Origin: Candidatus Brocadiia bacterium
GTDB lineage: Bacteria; Planctomycetota; Brocadiia; CAIUPP01
Direction of reading: 5' to 3'
NCBI GenBank assembly: GCA_050015075.1
Contig: JBEKCB010000019.1
Coordinates: 28,792-92,791 of the forward strand
DNA length: 64,000 nt
In this document: in pieces, positions 58,789 through 64,000 of the stretch
Layout: the number at the start of each line of letters is the position of its first letter
Numbering within the stretch: position 1 is the stretch's first letter
Translations under genes and position numbers: made by a program
Notes under the pieces: generated by a model
Database searches by the model: none
What the model was told of the DNA's origin: nothing
Seen by the model: only the letters and a program-made list of their open reading frames with translations

Positions 58789-59573
58789 AAGAATTAAAAG
58801 CCGACTACGGCAAGATCGCTGCCAGCTACGATCAGGTGCGTCCGACCGACCGGCCCCACGTCGAGTGGTGGGTGCGGCGGCTGATCGAGGCGGGAGAGTT
58901 GACCCGTGGTAAGCAACTGCTGGACTTGGGCTGCGGTACGGGGCGCTGGGGGCTTCTCCTGGCCGAGCGCGCGGGATGTCGCTGCGTTGGAGTTGACACT
59001 TCCCCCGAGATGCTCGCCAAAGCGCGTCAGAAGGATCGGACAGGTCTTTGCACCTGGGTCGAGGGGCACGCGGCCGATCCGCCGGTGCCGTTGCAGAGTT
59101 GTGATTGCGTCTTGATGTCGCTGCTCCTGCATTTGCTGGCAGACGTGCCAGCCGTGTTTCGAGCGGCGTTCAGCCGGCTACGGGAAGGCGGCATCCTTCT
59201 GGTGCGCCAGCCTACGCTGGAGCAAGCGGCGGGCGATCCGATTCACCGATTCTTCCCGGAGTCGCTGGCTATTGAACGCCAGCGCACTCCCTTGAGCCGC
59301 GAGATTGAGTTCTGGCTGGAAGAGACCAGTTTCAGCCGCATACAGATTGAGCCAGTTCGGCACCAAAGCCATCCGTCACTTGCTGCCTGGTTTGAGGAAA
59401 TCCGCCTGCGCGTGCCCTCGATCCTGCAACTGCTGCCCGATGACGTATTCCTGCGCGGACAGGAGCGCTGCCGTCAGTTCATGCGCGAGCATCCCGACGA
59501 TACGACTCTCCTGGAGAGCGAGATGACGCTGTTTGTGGCGAGGAAGGACCTGCGCGTTCGCCGGACGGCATGA
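58785..59573 (+). CDS. Class I SAM-dependent methyltransferase
   Basis: LLDLGCGTG, GVDTSPEML, L..GG.LLV. Confidence 0.9.
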   Translation: MKELKADYGKIAASYDQVRPTDRPHVEWWVRRLIEAGELTRGKQLLDLGCGTGRWGLLLAERAGCRCVGVDTSPEMLAKARQKDRTGLCTWVEGHAADPPVPLQSCDCVLMSLLLHLLADVPAVFRAAFSRLREGGILLVRQPTLEQAAGDPIHRFFPESLAIERQRTPLSREIEFWLEETSFSRIQIEPVRHQSHPSLAAWFEEIRLRVPSILQLLPDDVFLRGQERCRQFMREHPDDTTLLESEMTLFVARKDLRVRRTA

Positions 59574-59604
59574 CTGCGCAGGTTGCGAGGTGTCGCAGGT
59601 TGAT

Positions 59605-59665
59605 ACCGACGGCAGGATTCTACACTGACCCTTCGAGTTTCGACCTCTAGGGAATTGCGTCCTGA
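59605..59665 (+). repeat. Degenerate recombinase-tail repeat, copy 3
   Basis: GGCAGGATTCTACACTGACCCTTCGAGTTTCGAC...GCGTCCTGA aligns with copies 1 and 2. Confidence 0.6.
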
Positions 59666-59884
59666 CTTCGTCCGTAGCGGCTGCGCCGCACACATGGCGA
59701 CGGAACTCACAGATATTCTTCGGCAACCCTGTCCCCTACCACGGCGGCCTTCGCTAATCTCCTTGCGCCTATCAGTGGGGAGTGGTAAAGTTTCTTGCGC
59801 CTTGCAGTCCGACGCACATGACTTGCGCTGAGTGCGAATTCACCGAATGGATATTGGAATCACCGTCCGGCTCTCTTAAAAAGC

Positions 59885-62800
59885 ATGAACATGGCAGTCG
59901 CTCAGGGGGTGAGGACACCGCAGGCCGGCGACATCGTCCGGCTCCGAACGCGCACGTACCTCGTCGAGGGGGTCGAACGCGCGCTCGAGGGTCATCATGT
60001 CCGCATGGCCTGCCTCGACGACGACGCCCAGGGACAGCCACTCGAGGCGATCTGGGAACTGGAACTGGATGCCGAGGTAATCGGCGACAATGTGTGGAAG
60101 TCCATCGGCAGCAAAGGCTTCGACCCGCCCAGACATTTCAGCGCTTACGTCCACTCCCTGCGATGGAACTGCGTCACCGCTACCGATCCGAAGCTGTTCC
60201 AGTCGCCCTTCCGAGCCGGCATCCGAATTGACGCCTACCAACTGGAGCCGCTCCGCAAGGCGTTGCTGTTACCCCGCGTGAACCTGTTCATCGCCGATGA
60301 CGTCGGCCTCGGCAAGACCATCGAAGCCGGTCTCATTGCCAGCGAACTTCTGCTGCGGCGCCGTGTCCGCGAGATCGTGGTTGCGTGCCCTCCCACCATG
60401 CTGCCGCAGTGGAAGGACGAATTAGAGCAGCGCTTCGGCCTAACATTCGAGGTCCTTGACCGCGAGTATCTGGAACGCGTGCGGCAGGAACGAGGCTACG
60501 GCGTAAACCCGTGGACGACGTTCCCTCGGTTTCTGGTCTCGCAGCGGCTCCTGATTGATGAGACCTATGCCGCACCGCTGCGCGACTGGTTGGACAACCT
60601 GCGCCCCGGCTCGCTGCTCATTCTGGATGAGGCCCACCACGCCGCGCCCGCCAGCGGAGCGAAGTACGCGATTGACTCGCGGATCACTCGCGCCATCCGC
60701 GATCTCGCGCCCCGCTTCGAGCACCGCCTCTTCCTGTCCGCCACGCCGCATAACGGCCACTCCAACAGCTTCAGCACTCTCATGGCGATCCTCGATTCAA
60801 ACCGATTCGCTCCCGGCGTGAAGGTCCTCAAGGGGCACCTTGATGACGTCATGATTCGCCGGATCAAGGAAGACATCCGCGAACTGGTGGGCGGGTTCCC
60901 CAAGCGGACTGTCAGGCAAGTTGACATCGAGGACTTGCCCGAAGACGCACCCGAACTGGCGTTGTCGCGGCTGCTCGACCAGTACCGCCTCGTCAGGCAG
61001 AAGCGCGTTGAGAGCGCCAGCCGGCGGAAGCAGGCCGAAGCGGCCCTCTTGATTTCCGGGCTTCAGCAGCGGTTGCTGTCGTCCGTGGAGGCTTTCGCCC
61101 GGACACTGAAAGTCCACCGCCGCACGATGGAACGGTTATGGTCGAAGGAGACGGAGACCAAGCCGGAGGAACGTGACGCCGCTGCTACAGAGACGCTGGC
61201 TCGCAAACAGCTCGCGATCCTGAGCGGCCTCGATTCCGATGACGACCGTTCGCAGCTTTCCGAGGCCGAACTTCAGACGATAGAGGACGAGCAGTTCGAG
61301 GCCTCCACCGAATCCACCGCCGGCGACAGCGCGCAGGCCGACAAGACGGCGGAGAAGAATCTTCTGGACCAGATGGAGGCCGTCGCCGATCAGGGGCGGG
61401 GACAGCCGGACGCTCGGGTGCGTTATCTCATCAAGTGGATTCAGGAACACATGTGCGCCGGAGCCCGGTTGCCAGGCAAGGAATCGCCGACCCCGGATGC
61501 ACCGTGGAACGATCTGCGCCTGCTGATCTTCACCGAGTACGAGGACACGAGGCGCTACCTCCAGCGGACGCTGGAGGCTGCTATCGAGGGTACGGAGTTG
61601 GCGGAGCATCGCATCGAGGTCTTTCACGGGCCGACCTCGCCAAAGGACCGCGAAAGGATTAAGCGCGCCTTTAACCTGCCGCCCAAAGATCATCCGATCC
61701 GCATCCTCGTGGCGACCGACGCTGCCCGCGAGGGCATCAACCTTCAGGCGCACTGCTACAATCTGTTCCACTTTGACGTTCCGTGGAATCCCAGCCGCCT
61801 CGAACAGCGCAACGGCCGTATAGACCGCAAGCTACAGCCGGCGCCAGAAGTTTTCTGCCACTACTTCGTCTATCAGCAGCGCCCCGAGGATAAGGTGCTT
61901 CGGGCGCTCGTGCGGAAGACGGGAACGATCCGTGATGAACTCGGCAGTCTGTCCGAAGTCCTCGAATCGCGCCTCGCCGATATGCTCCGCGCCGGCATTC
62001 GGCATGACGACGTGGCAAAGATCGTTAGGAACATTATCGACGACGACCTCGATGCTGAGAAGCGCAAGACCGTCGAAGAGGAATTGGAGTCCGAGCGCCA
62101 GCGCAGGGAACAGTTGAAGATCGAGATCGCTCAGTTGGATCGCCGCGTCGAGGATTCCCGGAAGTGGATCGGACTGGACATGGCATCCCTGCGGGACGCG
62201 CTCTCATGCTCGTTGGAGATGATCGGCTCCGATGCGCTGAAGCCCGCTGGTGGAACGCCGAAGGGCGAGCCGGACCGCTACTTCTTCCCGAACCTGGAAA
62301 CGCGCAAGGGCGGCGACCCGACGTGGGCGACGACCCTCGACACCCTGCGCATGCCGCCTGAAGATGGCGAGAAGGGGTTCCAGTGGCGCAAGGACGCCCC
62401 GATCCGTCCGGTTGTCTTCGACTCCCCAACGGGCATTGACGAGAGCGTGGTGCAGTTGCACCTGCACCACCGCGTCGTCCAGCGGCTCCTGGGCCGGTTC
62501 CTCAGCCAGGGGTTTGTCTATCATGATCTCTCGCGAGCATGTCTGGCCCAAAGCCAGGACAACATCCCGCGCGTCGTCTTATTGGGCCGTCTCTCGCTCT
62601 ACGGATCGGGCGCGACCCGGCTTCATGAGGAGATTCTGACTGTCACGGCGCGCTGGACTGACCCGGCGACCCGACAGGGTGTTCTGACTCCCTATGCCCG
62701 CGATGCCGAGGCTCGCACTGTCGAGCTTCTCGAGGCCGCCCTCAGACCCGGCTCCCGACACAACATCCCCGAGGCGGTCGCAAGACAACTCCAGGCATCC

Positions 62801-63169
62801 ATCCCCCGCGACATCGAGGAACTCGTGCCGCTCCTTCAGCAACGTGGGCAGGCCGCTCGCGCGGACGCTGAGAAGGACCTCGCGGACAGGGGACAGACAG
62901 AGTCCGAAACCATGCGCAAGGTTCTCGAGGAGCAGAAAAAGCGCATTCTGGCTGAGTTGGGCAAATCCGCTCCTATCCAATTGCGCCTGTTCGACAACGA
63001 GGAGGAGCGCCGGCAGTATGAATCGAACCGGCGCTACTGGGAGCGATGGATCGCCAACGTCCAAGGCCATCTGGAGCGGGAACCGGCGCGCATTCTGGAC
63101 TTCTATCGCGTGAACTCCAGTCGGATCGAGCCGATAGGCATCGCGTATCTTTATCCGGCGGCGAAATAG
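59885..63169 (+). CDS. drmD: DISARM-type SNF2 helicase DrmD
   Basis: FQSPFRAGI.ID.YQL.PL.KAL, IADDVGLGKTIE, DEAH, SATPHNG, PWNPSRLEQRNGRIDR; followed by a DrmMI-like ORF. Confidence 0.88.
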   Translation: MNMAVAQGVRTPQAGDIVRLRTRTYLVEGVERALEGHHVRMACLDDDAQGQPLEAIWELELDAEVIGDNVWKSIGSKGFDPPRHFSAYVHSLRWNCVTATDPKLFQSPFRAGIRIDAYQLEPLRKALLLPRVNLFIADDVGLGKTIEAGLIASELLLRRRVREIVVACPPTMLPQWKDELEQRFGLTFEVLDREYLERVRQERGYGVNPWTTFPRFLVSQRLLIDETYAAPLRDWLDNLRPGSLLILDEAHHAAPASGAKYAIDSRITRAIRDLAPRFEHRLFLSATPHNGHSNSFSTLMAILDSNRFAPGVKVLKGHLDDVMIRRIKEDIRELVGGFPKRTVRQVDIEDLPEDAPELALSRLLDQYRLVRQKRVESASRRKQAEAALLISGLQQRLLSSVEAFARTLKVHRRTMERLWSKETETKPEERDAAATETLARKQLAILSGLDSDDDRSQLSEAELQTIEDEQFEASTESTAGDSAQADKTAEKNLLDQMEAVADQGRGQPDARVRYLIKWIQEHMCAGARLPGKESPTPDAPWNDLRLLIFTEYEDTRRYLQRTLEAAIEGTELAEHRIEVFHGPTSPKDRERIKRAFNLPPKDHPIRILVATDAAREGINLQAHCYNLFHFDVPWNPSRLEQRNGRIDRKLQPAPEVFCHYFVYQQRPEDKVLRALVRKTGTIRDELGSLSEVLESRLADMLRAGIRHDDVAKIVRNIIDDDLDAEKRKTVEEELESERQRREQLKIEIAQLDRRVEDSRKWIGLDMASLRDALSCSLEMIGSDALKPAGGTPKGEPDRYFFPNLETRKGGDPTWATTLDTLRMPPEDGEKGFQWRKDAPIRPVVFDSPTGIDESVVQLHLHHRVVQRLLGRFLSQGFVYHDLSRACLAQSQDNIPRVVLLGRLSLYGSGATRLHEEILTVTARWTDPATRQGVLTPYARDAEARTVELLEAALRPGSRHNIPEAVARQLQASIPRDIEELVPLLQQRGQAARADAEKDLADRGQTESETMRKVLEEQKKRILAELGKSAPIQLRLFDNEEERRQYESNRRYWERWIANVQGHLEREPARILDFYRVNSSRIEPIGIAYLYPAAK

Positions 63170-63172
63170 GCA

Positions 63173-64000
63173 ATGGCAAGCGACCCTGCAATCCGCGACC
63201 ATCAGGCATGGCTGGGTTACCTCCAGCCGGACGGCCTCGTCGTGTCGCCGGCTGCCCTGGTGGATTCGCAGGCTCTGCTCAATCGCAACGTCGCGCCGCT
63301 TCAGCAGCGGTTTCTGGAATGCGTTCAGGAAGTGGAAATCCGCGACCAAGAGGTCATGGTCGTGCGGGACCCGCGTGCTTTCGTCCGTGGGTTCCTGGAA
63401 TGGCCGGACGAATGTCTCGTTGGCCAGGACGCACAACATCCCGTTCCTGATGCGCTGAAGATTCCGCTGCGCGAATTCGGCGAGACGCTGGAACCGTCCT
63501 TGGCCTTCCGAAATCCGACACCGGCGGAAGGTGACTCCGAATGGATGCTCTTCGTCCAAGAGCTTCCCCTCGGCGTGGACCTGGACCAGCCCGTAGAATC
63601 CGCGATGGCTGGCTGGGCCGCCTCCCATACCCGCCGGTTTGAGCGACTGCTGCGTGAAGCTCAGGTTCCCATCGGACTGCTCTCCAACGGCAGTCAGTTC
63701 CGACTCCTCTTCACCCGGCTCGCGCTCGACACAGGCTGCCGCGCCGGCGAGATCGCCAACCTGCGCGTGGCGGACATGGACCTCGACAAGGGCCTGGGGC
63801 GGATCGAATGCACGGCGGAATGGAAATCGAAAACGAGGCGCAACCGGCCCATCGCCTACACGCCGGCGACGGCCGCCCGGTTGAGGCTGTGGATCAACAA
63901 GCGCCCCGGGGCAACCCACGTCTTCAAGCGGCCCGACGACTCCTCGAAAGCCGCCTACCGACGCCTTCGGGATGCGTTCAAGGATGCTGTGGACCGCAGC
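63173..64000 (+). CDS. Chimeric ORF running off the window: DrmMI-like N-terminus fused in frame to a tyrosine recombinase catalytic domain
   Basis: HQAWLGYLQPDGLVVS...GLLSNGSQFRL then LFTRLALDTGCRAGEI..L...D...WKSKT; no stop codon; junction near 63706. Confidence 0.8.
   Translation, partial: MASDPAIRDHQAWLGYLQPDGLVVSPAALVDSQALLNRNVAPLQQRFLECVQEVEIRDQEVMVVRDPRAFVRGFLEWPDECLVGQDAQHPVPDALKIPLREFGETLEPSLAFRNPTPAEGDSEWMLFVQELPLGVDLDQPVESAMAGWAASHTRRFERLLREAQVPIGLLSNGSQFRLLFTRLALDTGCRAGEIANLRVADMDLDKGLGRIECTAEWKSKTRRNRPIAYTPATAARLRLWINKRPGATHVFKRPDDSSKAAYRRLRDAFKDAVDRS

Noticed and set aside
55966-59665. Classical integron attC sites or a CRISPR array
   Set aside because: Repeats lack RYYYAAC/GTTRRRY ends and palindromy, spacers are kilobases long, and no intI or cas gene is present. 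No CRISPR array was seen anywhere in the window.

Overview
GC-rich bacterial chromosome segment; gene style suggests a Planctomycetota/PVC-type organism (inference). Positions 1-54244 are mostly core and metabolic genes: smc 3' part, two tandem TRL-like lipoproteins, an orphan rsmH, hom-thrC-thrB, an exosortase/EpsI exopolysaccharide operon next to a REC-GAF-HD-GYP / PilZ / FliS-like module, recG, hicB with an internally deleted hicA, hisI, tadA, tRNA-Ser(CGA), an AraC-linked catabolic cluster, pfkA, a GH51 arabinofuranosidase, EF-G2, rplM-rpsI, dtd and a large glycoside hydrolase. Positions 54257-64000 are an integration hotspot. It holds three tyrosine-integrase fragments, a tRNA-Leu(CAG) 3' half flanked on both sides by candidate arm-type repeats, and three copies of a serine-recombinase-like C-terminal tail with a tRNA-fMet-like core that separate small cargo blocks. 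It also holds a purA stub coupled to a methyltransferase, and a DISARM drmD followed by a drmMI N-terminus fused in frame to a tyrosine-recombinase catalytic domain. Other notable signals: a conserved two-hairpin RNA element before both TRL genes, sigma54/sigma28 promoters wiring the c-di-GMP/EPS module, and probable ACG and CTG start codons. All calls come from reading motifs by eye; no database searches were run.
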